Of a DNA stretch of 64,000 nt, positions 12,811-27,578 are shown piece by piece; within the stretch, counting starts at the first letter, position 1; every line of letters starts with the position of its first letter. Below the pieces are notes generated by a model that saw only the letters and a list, made by a program, of their open reading frames with translations, ran no database searches and was not told the origin of the DNA. Source of the stretch: Octopus sinensis (taxonomy: Eukaryota); NCBI RefSeq assembly GCF_006345805.1, contig NC_043001.1:27342001-27406000 (forward strand), in the 5' to 3' direction. The translations under genes were made by a program, and so were the position numbers.

Positions 12811-14329
12811 AATGATGTTCAGTATTTCCTTTGTCTGGTTCATACTTAAACTCTGTTATTGAGTTTGGAACATAATCTGGTGAGAATATTTTTTTCGGCA
12901 TTTCCTGATGACTTACTCTTCATTAATTGCAGCATTTGTTGCTGAATATAGTAATTGTTATTGTTGTTGCTTCTGCTGTTGTTCTTGCAGTTGCAGCTGC
13001 TGCTGTTGTTCTTTCAGTTGCTGTTGTTGCTGTTTTTACAACTCAGGCAAACCGACCAACAATTTTTTTTTCCAGTAAAATTCACACAAAAAAGACTTTT
13101 GTGAGTTTGTTAATTCCTCATGAGTTTGTTAATTCTTTGTCAACACTGATGTAATCTTTAATGTCAGATTGTTATAATGCCCACTTCAGTATAGTTAGTT
13201 AGACCAGTAAAGACACGACTATCTATGTCTATTTCATATGCTCTCTTTATACTGACTGATGTCACCTTGTTTATAGCGACTAGCACATACCACTTGACAC
13301 GTGGGAGCGTGTACCATTATTACTATTATCCCAACAACAATAACCCAGGACATCTGCTAAGCCAGACCCTTTCACAGTTTATTCCAGAGCCCCTGTTGCC
13401 ATTGATTATATAATTGTTATTATTGTTATTAATTTTCATTGAATGTGGTTTGCCTTTTAGAGCCTTCCAAAGGTAAAGAAAAAAAAGGTGAATGATGACA
13501 ACAATGTTCGTATGCCAATTGATGCATGTGCATGATGCTTTTTAAAGTGAGGAGAGGCCTTGTACACAACCAATTCCACTCTCTGAGCAACGGTAACAAA
13601 TACCCCAAAAGAAAGACCTAGACAACATTATTGGCTGCCATTGAGCTGCAGGTTATACATCAGAGTTTTCCTTCTCCTAAACTGGTTTCCAGACAAGGAT
13701 GAGGGATCTCTCACTCCCAGTAATGTGATACGCCATGCCTACATTCTCATTCTCATGGTTCTCTGCTGAGTGAACCTGTTGTGCCTTCTAATTGTTGAAA
13801 ATATGTCGATCCTCTGTGCAGCCACTGTGTTTTCTGCACCAAAGACACCAATTTGTTGACGATTGCTGCAGAAACAGCTACTTTCCAGGAGAAATAGCTG
13901 GATTAAGTCTATATACACAGTATTGGAAGGCTGTTGTGTCTGGTCACTCGTGAGCTCCACTGGTAACATGTAATCTAATACAATCTGCTGCATCGTTGGG
14001 TTGTCAGTAACTAAACTGGCAATTCCACTAAGCTTTGGACATCCTGCAGGCTGAAAGGCAAGCCAGATGCACACACACATGCAAGCTTCTTTCAGTTTCT
14101 CTCTAGAAAATCCTTTCACAAGATGGTTGGCCTGAAGCTATAGTAAAAGACACTTAAAAGAGGAAGTAGAGCAATGGGCAGGAGATTTTTGAAGAGCATG
14201 CATGATCATGAGTATGCATGAGTGCAGGGTGTGGGGGCAATTAATTTGCTGTTTATAGTGAAAGGTTTGCTAATGGAAAGGAGCTAACTCCTGGTTTTGA
14301 CCAGTGGAACTAACCAACATATATTTTCT

Positions 14330-14650
14330 ATATTTGTAAGGGCAAGAAGAAAATACTTAGCTTTTAGAGTTCAGGTAGACTCTTGGGTGGAGTGTATTCT
14401 TCTACATAATCCTTTTCTCTGTTAAACAAAGTCTGCACCTTCTACTACTATTGAGGAAAGGTCTGAATTTCTCCAGAAATCTCCAGTAATGTTCAGTATT
14501 TACTTTCAATAGCCATACGTATTTTGCCAATGTTGTGACATTAAGTCTCACTTGGATTTTAAAAGATGACCTGTGATTACTGAGACTGACTTTAAAGAAA
14601 CCTTCTATTGCATCCACATATTTCTATACTTGGTTTTGATTGAACAAACC
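14330..14650 (-). mobile_element. Penelope-like GIY-YIG fragment; similar fragment at about 32600-32890 (+)
   Basis: EGFFKVSLSNHRSSFK...TTLAKYVWLLK...RRCRLCLTEK, a PLE endonuclease C-terminal region. Confidence 0.65.
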
Positions 14651-15984
14651 TAGGATCATAGACACACAGACTATGATCATCCCATTTGAATATCTGTGTA
14701 GAGGCTCTCTTATATTGGTTTGCAGCTAACTGGGTAGTTTAAATATCTGATAGGGCAATCATTACTGATTCTTGTTCTTATGCTAATATATTTGTTAAAA
14801 GGATTGCTGTTGATAAATTGTTAAGCTGTTGCCTTACAGCACTAAAGATTGCAATTTGTTAGATATAGAGGAATTATATACTATTTGTCTCAGTCAGCAT
14901 GATGACTGACATACTACTAATGCTTATTTTATTAGCCAATGAAAGTGCCTTGACCTGTTAAAAATAGCAGCCAAATCTCCTCCAAAGCACTCCTGACTAA
15001 TAAAAAAAAAGGCCACGTTGAACAATATAATTCTAGATATGTGAAAGATGGGATGACCAAGGTTGGAATACCTCTGTTTATAGGTTTGCTCAATAAAGGC
15101 TGACCTGAGAACTAAACAACAATAACAATCTGTTTTACAATCACATTTGTCTAGAAATTCTGTCTAGCTCCTCCATATACTAAGTTAGCAAAAGATAAAG
15201 CCAATATGCTTATCAATGGTTCAAAAATTGCTAGTCTTTGTGCTCCAAAAAGTAAACTTATGAACTGAGATGGATAATATGGCCTGATCTGACCACACAG
15301 CATTAGTGAAATTCAAAATAATATCAGAAATATAAGCAAACTGAAAACATAATCAAAATATTTGCATTACATTTGTATTTGGAAAGATACTCAACCAATG
15401 ATGTGAAGACACATGGTTAAGTTGTTAGGGGTGTTCAGTCCACAATCATAAGGTTGTGTGGATCAGTTCCTGGACTGGGTGGTATGTTGCATCCTTGAGT
15501 TGGGCACTTTGGTTCACTTTTTCCCAATGTATACACTATAATGCATACCAACCAGAACAGCACAGCCTTCTCTTTCCTCAGCATTCACATCCTGGTTGGA
15601 CTCCTAGGTTAAGTGTAACAGCACTGAGAAGGTATCTATGTCTGCTTACCATTATGTATCTACCTAAAACAATTAATGAACGCATGCTACATGTTACCAA
15701 GCCATATTTGCTCACGAGTGACGACTGGCTAAAATGTACTCTACTAAACCAATACTACTAATACAGAATTATTAGGTGCAAAATTCTTTAAAAAGATCAA
15801 CACAATTTTAAATTAAATATAATTGTGTATAATAACTCTATATTTTAAAAATATTTATTAACACATAAGATATTTATGTTTTTATGATATATAAACTCCA
15901 CTTGTTATCACATTTTTGAAATTTATCTATATTGAAGAAATAATTTACTTATTACTTTGATGGGGCTTTTTTTGTATATTTCAG

Positions 15985-16092
15985 GCTGCCCCCCAAATCA
16001 GTTTGAATGTGCTAATTCAAAGTGTCTAGAAATAGACCGTATATGTGACACAGTTGATAATTGTGGTGATAACAGTGATGAAAAATATTGCA
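15985..16092 (+). CDS. Modular serine protease exon: LDL-receptor class A domain 2
   Basis: GCPPNQFECANSKCLEIDRICDTVDNCGDNSDEKYC. ttcAG at 15983-15984, GTGAGT at 16093; phase 1-1. Not in the ORF track. Confidence 0.95.
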
Positions 16093-16305
16093 GTGAGTAT
16101 AATTATGATATCTAAACATACAAACATTATCTATTCTCTTCATTTATGAAAATGGTTAAAGTAGCTGATATGGTACCAGGTTCAGTCCCATTGCATGGCA
16201 CCTTGAGCAAGTGTTTTCTACAATAGACTTCAGCCGACCGAAGCCTTATGAGTGGATGGATTTGGTAGACAGAAACTGAAAGAAGCCTGTCATATGTATA
16301 TATAT

Positions 16306-16338
<33 letters not shown>

Positions 16339-16619
16339 GTATATATCTATATATGTGTCTTTGTGACTGTGTTTGTCCCCACCACCACTGCTTGACAACT
16401 GGTGTCAGTGTGTTTATGTCTATGTAACTTAGTGGTTCAGCAAAAGAGACCGACAGAATAAGTATTAAGCTTAAATAATAAGTCCTGGGGTTGATTTGTT
16501 TGTCTAAAAATCCCTTCAAAGTGTTGCTCCAGCATGGCCGCAGTATTCTGACTGAAACAAGTAAAAGAATAGGTATAAAAGTTTTATCTTAGAATGAAGA
16601 CTACATCAATATCTAAGAA

Positions 16620-17545
16620 TGTGGTCACTATGTAAATGATTTTACCTTTTATATAGATTTATAGAAAAATTTCAAAGCCGATACATACATTGGACCAACT
16701 ATTCCATGTATACTTTACTTTCACGTTCTCTTACTGCCAGTCATCACCTCTAACTCCTCTAGTATATACATAGACAATCCAACCATCCCAAAAACATTAT
16801 TAAAAACCTAATGAGGAACATATTTCTAAAACTTTCTCCTTTATCTTCAAATGTAAAAATACTAAATAAAATAGCAACTCCATATAATGAAGCTCTCAAG
16901 AATAATGGTTGCAAAGAAAAAGTGCAATATAAAAACAATAAACTTCCCACAATAAATAAGAAAAAGTATGAATAGAAAAAGGAAAATCATTTGGTTTAGT
17001 CCCACCCTTCAACATGCAAGTCTCCACACCAATAGCTAAATTATTTTTCAAAATATTGCAGAAACACTTCTACCCTAACCACAAGTACTACAAACTAATA
17101 CACAAACACTGTAAAATTGTCATTGTCTACAAAGAACAACTTTGAAAAAAACTGCAGCTAATTACAACCAACAAAAATTGTTTAAAAGGGAAAACCTAAA
17201 TCACACACATAATAACAATGGCAATTTCAGAACATCTTTATCCTGTACTTTTGAAGGAAATTGTCTCTCAAGCAATATTATCTATAATGCAACACTACCC
17301 ATGAACACAACACCAGCTATTATATCTACATATATAGGATCTTCAGCAAACCTGCTCAAGATATGATACAATCATCACACACACTTTTTATAACCCAAAG
17401 AGCAAGAATGATACATCACTCTCCAAGAATATATGGACATCAAAATAAAAAGTACTTTATTCAGCATTAACTTGAAAATACTGTCTCACACACACAATCA
17501 TACTGAAGTAATAACAAACCCTACCAACTTTGTACATAACAAAAC
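16620..17545 (+). mobile_element. Penelope-like element remnant (RT linker and GIY-YIG); related fragment at about 41660-42100 (-)
   Basis: IIWFSPPFN-like linker and CTFEGNCLSSNIIYNATL...TYIGSS (GIY-YIG), with many stops. Confidence 0.7.
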
Positions 17546-17614
17546 TGTCCCAAGAATGGGAACATGAAACTCTGAGTAACAGCTTTTGTTATATTTCTGC
17601 TGCTTTTAAATAAA

Positions 17615-17651
<37 letters not shown>

Positions 17652-20338
17652 CCTGCTCGCTTAGCCAGCGGGGTGGCGTCATTTAAGGCTAAAACAATGT
17701 GAAGCGCATTGTGACCAGCGATGTGTAGCATCATCTGAAGGTCTGGTCGGTCACGTGATCACGTGATATATATATATATATATATATAGTTATAGTTATA
17801 GATATAGTTATATAGTTATAAAAAAATGTTCAGGGGAATTTCAGAGAATTTCAACAATTTAAATAAATATATATTCTGCCATGGATCAATGTATATCAGT
17901 TTCAACTCAATATATTTTTTATACCTTTGCATCTCGGGTTTTTGTATCTGAACACTTCAAACTACTGCCTGTACAATAAACAAAGAAACTTTACTACATA
18001 TCTAAGAGTATAATAAGTGCTTTTACATCCCACTGGTACAGGTACCAGTTGCGTGATAAGAGTATCTGCCATGACTATCATTTGATGAGTCTTCTTCTCA
18101 AGCATGACATATTACCAAAGGTATTTGTCATTGCCTCTATGTGGTCCAATGCTCAAAAGGTGCTTTTTACGTGTCACCAGCATAGGTGCCAGTTATGCAA
18201 CACTGGCATCAACCACATTGCTTCCATGAGGCCCAATCTCAACAGGTGATTTTTATGTGCCATCAGCATCCACTTGGTTTGATGGATTTTCTTCTCAAGC
18301 ATGTGGCATATTGCCAAAGGTCACGGTCATTTGTCATTACTTCTGTGAGGCCCAACAATTGAAAGGTGCTTTTCACATGCCACCAGCCACAGGTGCAAGT
18401 TATGCAACACTGGCATTGGCCATATTGCCTCCATGAGGCCAAACACTTGGAAGGTGCACTTTTACATGACACTGGCATTAGCCATAACTACAATTTCACT
18501 TAGCTTGACAGGCCTTCTCAAACACAGCATGTCACCAGAAGTCTCAGTCATTAGTCATTGCCTCCATGAGGCCCAACATTCAAAGATCATGCTTCACCAC
18601 TTCATTTCATGTCTCCCTGGGTTTACCTCTTTCACAGGTTCCCTCCATGGTTAGAGATCGGCACTTCTTTACACAACTGTCCTTGTTCATATGCATCACA
18701 TGACCATACCAGTGTAGTCTTCTTTCTTGCACACCACATCTGATGTCTCGTATGCCTAACTTTTCTCTCAAGACACTTATACTTTGTTATAACTGCACAC
18801 TGACATTGCACATCCAGCAGAGTATACTAGCTTCATATCTTTCAAGCCTATGCATGTCCTCAGTGGTTACACCCCATGTTTCATTGTCATGTAGCACAAC
18901 TGTTTGCACACAGGCATCATACAATCTGCTTTTCACTCTGAAGGAGAGGCCCTTTGTTGCCAGCAGAGGTAGGAGCTCTCTGAACTTTGGCCAGCCTATT
19001 CTTATTCTTGCAGCTACCCTCTTGGAGCATCCACCTCTGCTACCGACTTTGTCACTTAGATAACAGAAGCTATCAACTATCTCTAGCTTACCCACCTGGC
19101 ATTTAATGGAGTTTATTTTCAGTACATTTTTAGTGCTTATTGTACATGTTCCCAGGTAATCCTCCTCTGATATTGCTGCATCTCTTATGTGACCAAACAC
19201 ACACACACACCACACACACACACACACACGCATGGGGTGCTCAGGCTAAATTTGATAGTTTGCATAGCAGGAAAAGAAAACACTCTCCCATCCAAAAATA
19301 AAAGAATTTTAAAAACTGAAAAGATATCATTTTGATTATGGCTAGAAGAAAACATTTTATTTAGAGTAACCACTCTCAGCTTCTATCACAGCCTCAAGAT
19401 TGCACTGGAACTTGAAACATACATTCCTCACAGTGTGTCTGAGAAAATCCTTGATGTTAGCAACCAGCTCAACCTTGGTGTTGCAGGGTGAGCAGTTGGT
19501 GTCTTTCTTAGCCATGCCTTATGCATTACAATCAGGGAAATTAGGTGGCCAGGAAATGGGGCTGGTGAAGTAATAGAAATTCTTTTTCTTTTTTTCTTTT
19601 ACTTGTTTCAGTCATTTGACTGCGGCCATGCTGGAGCACTGCCTTTAATCGAGCAACTCAACCCCGGGACTTATTCTTTGTAAGCCCAGTACTTATTCTG
19701 TTGGTCTCTTTTGCCGAGCCGCCAAGTGATGGACACATGAGCATACCAGCATCGGTTGTCAAGCAATGCTAGGGGGACAAACACAGACACACAAACATAC
19801 ACGCACACATATATATACATATATACGACGGGCTTCTTTCAGTTTCCGTCTACCAAATCCATTCACAAGGCTTTGGTCGGCCCGAGGCTATAGTAGAAGA
19901 CACTTGCCCAAGGTGCCACACAGTGGGACTGAACCCAGAACCATGTGGCTGGTAAACAAGCTACTTACCACACAGCCACACTATTTCTGACTCTGGAGGT
20001 ATGGCAAGGAACTGAATTCTGCTGTGATACATATAACCTTTGAAAAGCAATCCTCTCCAGTCAGGGTTTACCCACAGTCTCTAGCAGCTTCATATAGCCA
20101 TTTTAATTGAGCCTAAAGCCCTGTTCAAAAATGTGAAGTTGCATGATATCATCCTCACTTGAAACACACCCAAAGATTATTACAGTTTGGTTGAACTTTG
20201 TTTTCAAGATGTCCATGTCATGTTTTACAGCGTTTACAGTGTTCACAGAGCATTGAGCATTGTGCAGAAGTCATGATATATATTTACATATAATTTAAAG
20301 ATACCACTGCAATTATTTTTTTCTGTTACTTATTACAG

Positions 20339-20480
20339 CTGCTTCAGTGAAATTAGTCAACGGTACTAACCCTAGTAATGGAAGGATTCAAATAACCATC
20401 AATAACATTACTGGTACTATATGTGATGACAATTTTGACAACATAGATGCCATTGTCGTTTGCAGGCAGCTGGGATATAA
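20339..20480 (+). CDS. Modular serine protease exon: SRCR domain 2, N-terminal half
   Basis: SVKLVNGTNPSNGRIQITINNITGTICDDNFDNIDAIVVCRQLGY. tacAG at 20337-20338, GTAAGC at 20481; phase 1-2. Confidence 0.95.
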
Positions 20481-21177
20481 GTAAGCAGTTCATTTAATTG
20501 ATATCTTTCTTTGTCTAATTTGTATCTAATCATTACTATTTTATACTGTTTTATTTTGAGTAAAAGGGTAAAGCTTCTTCCAAAGTTATATAGATACATA
20601 GAGCCAGTTTCCCAGATTTTCTAGCATACATACTCTCCACTGGACAGGACACTGGTCTATCACAGAAATAATTTTTGTTGGCTGAGTGGACTTGAGCAAC
20701 ATAAAATGAAGTCTTTGTCTGTTTCAGGAACTGAACACCACAATCTTAAAATCATGAATCTGACAACCATACTATTAAGCCATACACCTCCCTAACCTTC
20801 CTGAATCATATAGAGTCATAGGGCTAGTTTCCCAGATTCTGTGGTGTAATACCCTCAACAGGATACTGATCCATTGCAGGATTAACTCATTTTTGCCAGC
20901 TAAGTGGATTACAGCAACATGAAATGGTTTTGCTCAAGAACAAAATGCATTGCCTGGTCCAGGAACTGAAACCACAATCTTATTATCATGAGTCCAACTC
21001 TCTAACCACTTGGCCATATGGTCTCAGAATGTTCCTTGTAAATTTGAACAGTTATTTGTAACAGAAGGAAGATTCTTTTACGTGCCGTTTATTTAAATCT
21101 TGGCTTTGTTTCTATTACACCTTTAGTTATTTTGTACTGATTTTGTTATTATATCCCATGTCTTAATGTCTTTCTAG

Positions 21178-21407
21178 ATCAGGTATTGCTTTGCCAGGAG
21201 GTACCTATGGAAAAGGTAATGGTATTATTTGGTATGATGAGGTCAATTGCTTTGGCGATGAAGATAGCATTGAATTTTGTGAGGGAAATCCTAAGGGTGA
21301 ACATGACTGTGACCACACAGAAGATGTTGGTATACAATGTTACCGAGATACTATAACAACAACTACTTTGCCTACAACAACCAATGTAGCATCAACAACC
21401 ACTGTGG
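21178..21407 (+). CDS. Modular serine protease exon: SRCR domain 2 C-terminal half plus Thr-rich (mucin-like) linker
   Basis: SGIALPGGTYGKGNGIIWYDEVNCFGDEDSIEFCEGNPKGEHDCDHTEDVGIQC followed by YRDTITTTTLPTTTNVASTTTV. AG at 21176-21177, GTAAGT at 21408; phase 2-1. Confidence 0.95.
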
Positions 21408-22226
21408 GTAAGTAAAAATGATAGTGTTGTACAATATTACACAGTGAATGCATTTTCTTATATCCTGATACAATCACAATGGCAGTACAGATTAAATTAA
21501 GTTCCATTGATGAGGTTTAATGAGACTGAAATACATTAGGGGCTGTCACTATGCTATCAAAGATCAGATTCACTTTCTACAACATTCTATTTTTAATTAT
21601 TCTTAATTTAATTTTTGTGGATTTAAATTCCACCATTATCTCCTCCCTAGTTATTAAGACAATGATTTTCTTCCCCCTCACTGCAGATGTAATTTTAATT
21701 CGTTAGAATTTCTCGACTCACTGCAGTCAGTATGTAAGTGCCCACTAAACTGTTTGTTTTTTATACTCTGGTGTCTCTGGGAATCCCTCTCCCATAGAAA
21801 TTTTTTACAAGTTACAATGCAACTCATAAAAATCCTATGTAACTCTGTAGTCAGTCTCAGATATAGCAATAACAGACTATGCTCTGTTTAAGAACAAAAC
21901 ATATCCAAATTTGTCTCTAGATGTCAAAGATCAAACACATTCTTAGCTGTATTCTTCTTTTAATTAAGTTAAATTCATGGATTTATACCCCTTGATTATT
22001 TTGACAAGAAATAATCATCAAGTTAATATTTTTTTTTTAGTTAATATAGCCCACTACATTTAGTATGTTAGTGCCAACTGAACTATATGACATATGTATT
22101 TACAACATATTTGAATGCAAACCACAATTGACTTGCTTTTCAATTCTCCAAAGTCAATTAAAAAAATTACTAAGTCATTAACTATATCACATCTCCTCCA
22201 AGACCAAAATTGGTTTGCAGTTGTAA

Positions 22227-24176
22227 TGTGAGGAACAAAGCAAGGTTCACCGACCCCTCAGTGTCGGCTGTCCAGCTATGTTAAAGCCAAGACGTACCCT
22301 ACTCATGTTGCCTTTCACTAGTGGCTACTGCTAAAGCCCTGTCTTACCCTCACATTCACGCATACCCATTCATCACGACTGCCCCGAGGGCAAAGAGGAC
22401 TAGACTGGTCTTACTTCCTTCACTTCATCACTCCCTCTTCTTCTTCCAGTGGGGGCCCTCAGCCATTGGCATCACTGTCCTTTCCTTCTGGTTCACCCCA
22501 TCCCTACATGGCCCCCGGATCTCAAAAATCACCTCCTCACTTCACTCCATGTTGAAATCTGCCGTTCACCCAAGTAGAGGTCTCACTTGGTGTGATCTCT
22601 GCAGCGATGGAGCTTCACTTGCTTCCTCTCTTCCACCTTCATCATCCAATGAAGTGACAATTCTGCAAACATCCAAGACATGACACAGCATTCCATCCAC
22701 AGAGACATTATTTTTGGAATTAACAGCCATCACTGTTCCACTGCTCCACTGCTATGTGCAGTGTGCTTTTTGGGGCTTGACCCAGACTTCCTCTCCTACC
22801 TACATGAAGGCAGGCTCTTTCTCTTCTGCAGCATGTTATAATGTGCACGGATGCTGCCATTCATACCTGAATATCACTCTGTGTGGCATAGACTCTTTGG
22901 CCTGATTGGAGTGACGTATTGTACCAAAATACCACTTCCAATGGTGAGATGCCTCTTCTCTCCACCATGGCCATGATTGTGTGATGGTGTCTTTCCATGA
23001 TTCCATTTCCACTGGGCTTGTATACACTCTTAAGAAGCAGCACACGTTCCACTTACCAAGCATTTCCTTCAGCACCTCCAAATGAAATATGGTGCCATTG
23101 TCCATCGGCAGTTCGTCCACAGGGCCCCACTCATTCAGGATATACATACAACCTCATCTGCAGTGCCCATCTTCATTTCACTCCTTATGGCCATCTGACT
23201 CTCCTGCTAGTTGCGTGTCACATCTACCACCATTTGTCTCCAGTTGTGCTCTAGTAAGATGTTTCCTGACTTGTGCACACCCGGAGTAGGGTTGATGGAT
23301 TGACACTTATCACAGCTCCTGGCCACTTTTTGAATGCTCTGCCTAGTGACTTTGGAGTCAACCTCCTGAAACTATTCACACCCATATAATGCATGGCATG
23401 CAGGCTCCTTAGTTCCAAATCACCTTGCTGACACACTGCAGCTATTCTCCACTCTGAATCTTCCGGCACTATCAACCAACCTTTTTCACCCTGGTTAGAA
23501 TGTCTGTCTTATTCCTCTCTGAGGGCACAAAGATCATGCTCAGTTTCAAACCAAATTTGGCAGCTAGCTCTCTCAGAATCCCTAGGCAGTGCTTTATTAA
23601 CATCTCTGCAACCCCTTTGGTTTGAACCCACTTTCCATCAGTGATCACTGATTCTACACATTCAAGTACATTAGCTGAATTGGTTTGAATTTCGATGGAA
23701 TGCATCTCCCCTCTTAGGGTCAGATTCACCCCCTTCAGCGCTGCGTCCAACTCAGCCACGTTGATGTGGTTGTAATCATCTGCTTTTCAAATCCAAGATG
23801 TGCCCTATCTGCACTAGAGTGTGTGCCACCTGGGGTGGCCCTTTCATTTTCTTTACTTGGTCCCCACAAAAAAACCACATATTGCCTACAGCAAAAGCCT
23901 ACAACAGGATGAAAAGTGCCACCCAGGGGTGGACCTCCCGGGGCAAGCTGCCTCTACCACCACCTTCGTCCCTCCGCTATGCTAGTGCCTATCCATCTCA
24001 CCTATCACTAGTAGCTACTGCTAAAGCCCTCACATCCACATACATCCATTCACCACAACTACCCTGAGGCCAAAGATGACCATGCTGGTCTTACTTCCTT
24101 TCCTTTTCGTCTTCCAGTGGAGTCCCTCAGTCATTGATGTCACTGCCCTTTCCTTCCAGTTCACCCCATCCCCACA
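22227..24176 (-). mobile_element. Internally deleted Gypsy-like LTR retrotransposon
   Basis: Direct repeats at 22227-22508 (TG...CA) and about 23985-24176. Between them are RNase H (AELDAALKG...FVPSERNKTDILTR) and integrase (YKPSGNGIMERHHHTI) fragments. Near-TSD GTAA/GTAG. Confidence 0.8.
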
Positions 24177-25233
24177 GTAGTCTTGAAAAGAAATGGTCAT
24201 TTTATTAATTTTTTTTTTTTGGGGTTTTATATGATGTTTTTAGCTTTCCTTCATTCAAATGTCAATCCTTTTCAGATTATTTTTAGAGGTCATTGTAGGG
24301 ACAATTTTATTCTAGATTACTGATTTCCTTCATTATTTAAGCATTTAACTTCCTGGCTCCTACAAAACCTTCTTCTGTTTCACACAAGCTCCACCTTATT
24401 ATATTGATAAATAATCTTTGATCTACCCTCCAGAATAAAGAACCACTATATTGTTTCATTTCTTTTTTCTTGACCAATCTCTACTTATAATCACTTACGT
24501 CCAATATGTCAAGGCATTACATCTCCCTCTTCTGATAGTTAGATTACTTGTGATACCAGTCTTAATATTTACATTCATAGATAAATCCATCCTACAATAA
24601 GTTAGTTGTTTTGTTTAGTGGAAATCTGATATTCAATTTTATTGTATTCATTTCTAATGTTTCTAAAACATAAAACTAATTAACTATATTAGAGTATTTC
24701 ATCCTATTTTAGACCAATCTCAGGAAATCAGAAATTGTTTTTGTCTCAATTCTTTCCTCAGACTTTTGCAGTATTGTTAGATCTGCCATGGGTAATGACA
24801 TCTCCACCAGCAATAGTCAAGGTTTTTAAATTGTAGATTCCTCTCCTCATTAGAATGTATAGGTTATTTGAGCAAAAAGTTCAAGAGAAAAGACCAACTA
24901 AATAACTGTGGTAACTAAATGTAAGTAACTAAATGGTAAAATATTTAGTTAGAAGCATAAGGATGTATTTGATCTGATTTCATCCTGGCTCAGTCATTAA
25001 TATCTTTATGAAACCTATGCAACCTCAAGGGGGAAAATGTTAAAACAAGCTTGATTATGATCTATATTTAGATTTATAAGTTTGAAAAAAAGTGAAAAAA
25101 TGATGTTTTTAAACATTTTTGAACATTTTTCATATAAAAAATGCAAACTTAAAAATAAATACTAACATAACATCAATTCTACATATCTAGTCTTTATTCA
25201 TATGAAAGAATTTTATTTTCATTGTCATCTTAG

Positions 25234-25474
25234 CGCCAGTCTGTGGCAAAATACCTCGCCTTGTAAGAACCAAACGTGCTGACAGAGTAATTGACAAAAC
25301 ATCCTACTCTAAAATAGTTAATGGTCAGGATGCCGTATATGGCAGGTATCCATGGCAGGTGACAGTTCAACGTATTACTGGCCAATATTCTGATTCATAC
25401 TTCACTACATCACATTTTTGCGGGGGAACAATCGTGCATAAAGATTGGATCATATCAGCTGCCCATTGTTTTGT
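25234..25474 (+). CDS. Trypsin domain first exon, version A (activation peptide through catalytic His57)
   Basis: APVCGKIPRLVRTKRADRVIDKTSYSK/IVNGQDAVYGRYPWQVTVQRITGQYSDSYFTTSHFCGGTIVHKDWIISAAHCF. AG at 25232-25233, GTATGT at 25475; phase 1-2. Confidence 0.92.
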
Positions 25475-25571
25475 GTATGTATTCTTACATAAGTTTCACC
25501 AGTTTGGACTTTTATGGAATTCATTATTTTACTGGCTGCAAAATTTGATGCATGAACATATTGTCTGCATG

Positions 25572-25653
<82 letters not shown>

Positions 25654-25730
25654 CTCTCCCTCACTCTCTCTCTCTCCCTTTTTCTTTATCTCTCTCTCCC
25701 TTTTTCTTTATCTCTTTCTCTCTCACTCTC
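25572..25730. repeat. (CT)n microsatellite
   Basis: Imperfect CT array, followed by (TA)n. Confidence 0.9.
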
Positions 25731-25802
25731 TGTATACATACAAATACACATACACATATTTATATATACATGCATATATACATACATACATACATGCATG
25801 TG

Positions 25803-25838
<36 letters not shown>

Positions 25839-25842
<4 letters not shown>

Positions 25843-26055
25843 GTAAATGTAATATGTGACAATTATTCGGTAGCCATAATAAAACTCCGAGTTTTGGATG
25901 CCGAGGTGGAAATCCACGCTGCCATCTCTTCAGTTATCCGGCCATTGGAAAAAATGCTAGCTAAAGAGATGGCAGTGTGGATTTCCACCTCAGCAACCAA
26001 AACTCAGAGTTTTATCATGGCTACCGAATAATTGGCACATATTACATTTACAGAT
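25839..26055. repeat. Near-perfect palindrome (foldback MITE)
   Basis: Arms of about 95 bp (ATCTGTAAATGTAATATGTGACAATTATTCGGTAGCC... and its reverse complement) with a loop of about 30 nt. Confidence 0.9.
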
Positions 26056-26156
26056 GAATTCCTCTATTTACATAAAATCAAGGTCTCTTTCATTCTTTTG
26101 TTATCTTACCATTTTTATCAAGATATATATATATATGTATATATATATATATGCAT

Positions 26157-26231
<75 letters not shown>

Positions 26232-27358
26232 CATATATACAAAATTTAAAGGACTGACCACTAAAAGTGGACAGTCAATATGCTAGATATAGACGTCAAA
26301 ATCGCTATTTTCCACAAAGAATGTGTTCTCAAATAAAACTCAGCACAAACCAAAGTGTAAAAAATAAGCAAGACAAATGAAAATATACGAAATAATAACG
26401 ATTTATTATTTTTATATTTTTTATATTTACTAAGGATTGCTTGAAGCTAACTTTCTTCCTATACCTTGATCCCTGGATCTTACATTTATATATATATATA
26501 TATATATATAATATTAGGGAATATTATTCCAAACTTACGGGGAAAAATTGAATTTAGTAATGCTAAATCAAATTTCACAATATATAATATATGTATATAA
26601 ATTAGAGAAGAACCAACCTTTTATCAATTCATCAATGAAATAACAATGATATTATTAAATTATAACATATAGAAAGAAAATTAGATTTACAATAAAAACA
26701 TATTGAGTAAAGTAAAAAATAATAAATAAAAAGTATATAATTGGTAATATATATATTATATATATATGTATTTATATATACGTCCATGTGTATATATAAT
26801 ATATATATATAATATATATAAATTGATGACGGTGATGAGGATGAAGATGATAGGAGGAGGAAGATGTATGTTTGCGTATATACACACAGATGAACCAATT
26901 CACATATGTACTAATGATATATTAATTACACATACCACATAATTGTGCTAACTTATACTGTGTTCATTTGTGAACTCACCAATAACACATAATACAGAGC
27001 TTGCATGCATGTGTTTTTGTGAGTGAGGTTGAAATTTTTAATCCATACTTGGATTTCACACTACTTATTTTGCATGGCAGTAAAACTATGTTCATTAGAG
27101 GAAAGAATTAACAAAGAGCTATGTGCTTACTCTGTAAATTTTGACTGTACTAAGTCATTTTTCAACAGAAACCACAAATTTTTCCATCATAATGAACATA
27201 TGTAATATAACCAGATACAAAGTCTCACTTTGCATTTTTTACCTACAGGAATATGTCTCTGAAAGAGTATAGTCTACTGTGGTGATATAATAGCTATAAA
27301 AGCTTCTAATAACTACACAGACCTTGTGAATCACTCATCTAAAACTTGACTCCATTAA

Positions 27359-27578
27359 CCCTTTTGCTACCAACCCAGCTGAAACCAGCTCTGGTTCTGA
27401 GTACAAATATCTTGTTTTCATAAGTTTTGAATTAAAATCTTCCATCAAACCTTAGTCGCTATTTATGTTCCTAACACTAGCTGAATGATAACTAGGTTAT
27501 TTTACTAAATTCTTTGTTATATTTCAAGTAATTGAAAGAAACACAGAGCATCTCAAAATAAATACAGTAACAAAAGGG
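27359..27578. mobile_element. piggyBac-type MITE (220 bp)
   Basis: TTAA|CCCTTTTGCTAC ... GTAACAAAAGGG|TTAA. Confidence 0.85.

Noticed and set aside
12927-13154. Hydrophobic Val/Ala-rich ORF resembling a membrane or signal peptide
   Set aside because: It derives from a degenerate (GTT/GCT)n repeat, with no splice or homology support.
27249-27285. Good acceptor (ttttttacctacAG) downstream of exon A, possibly a private second exon or alternative terminal exon (NMSLKEYSLLW*)
   Set aside because: All frames stop within about 12 codons and there is no convincing protease similarity. It needs RNA evidence.
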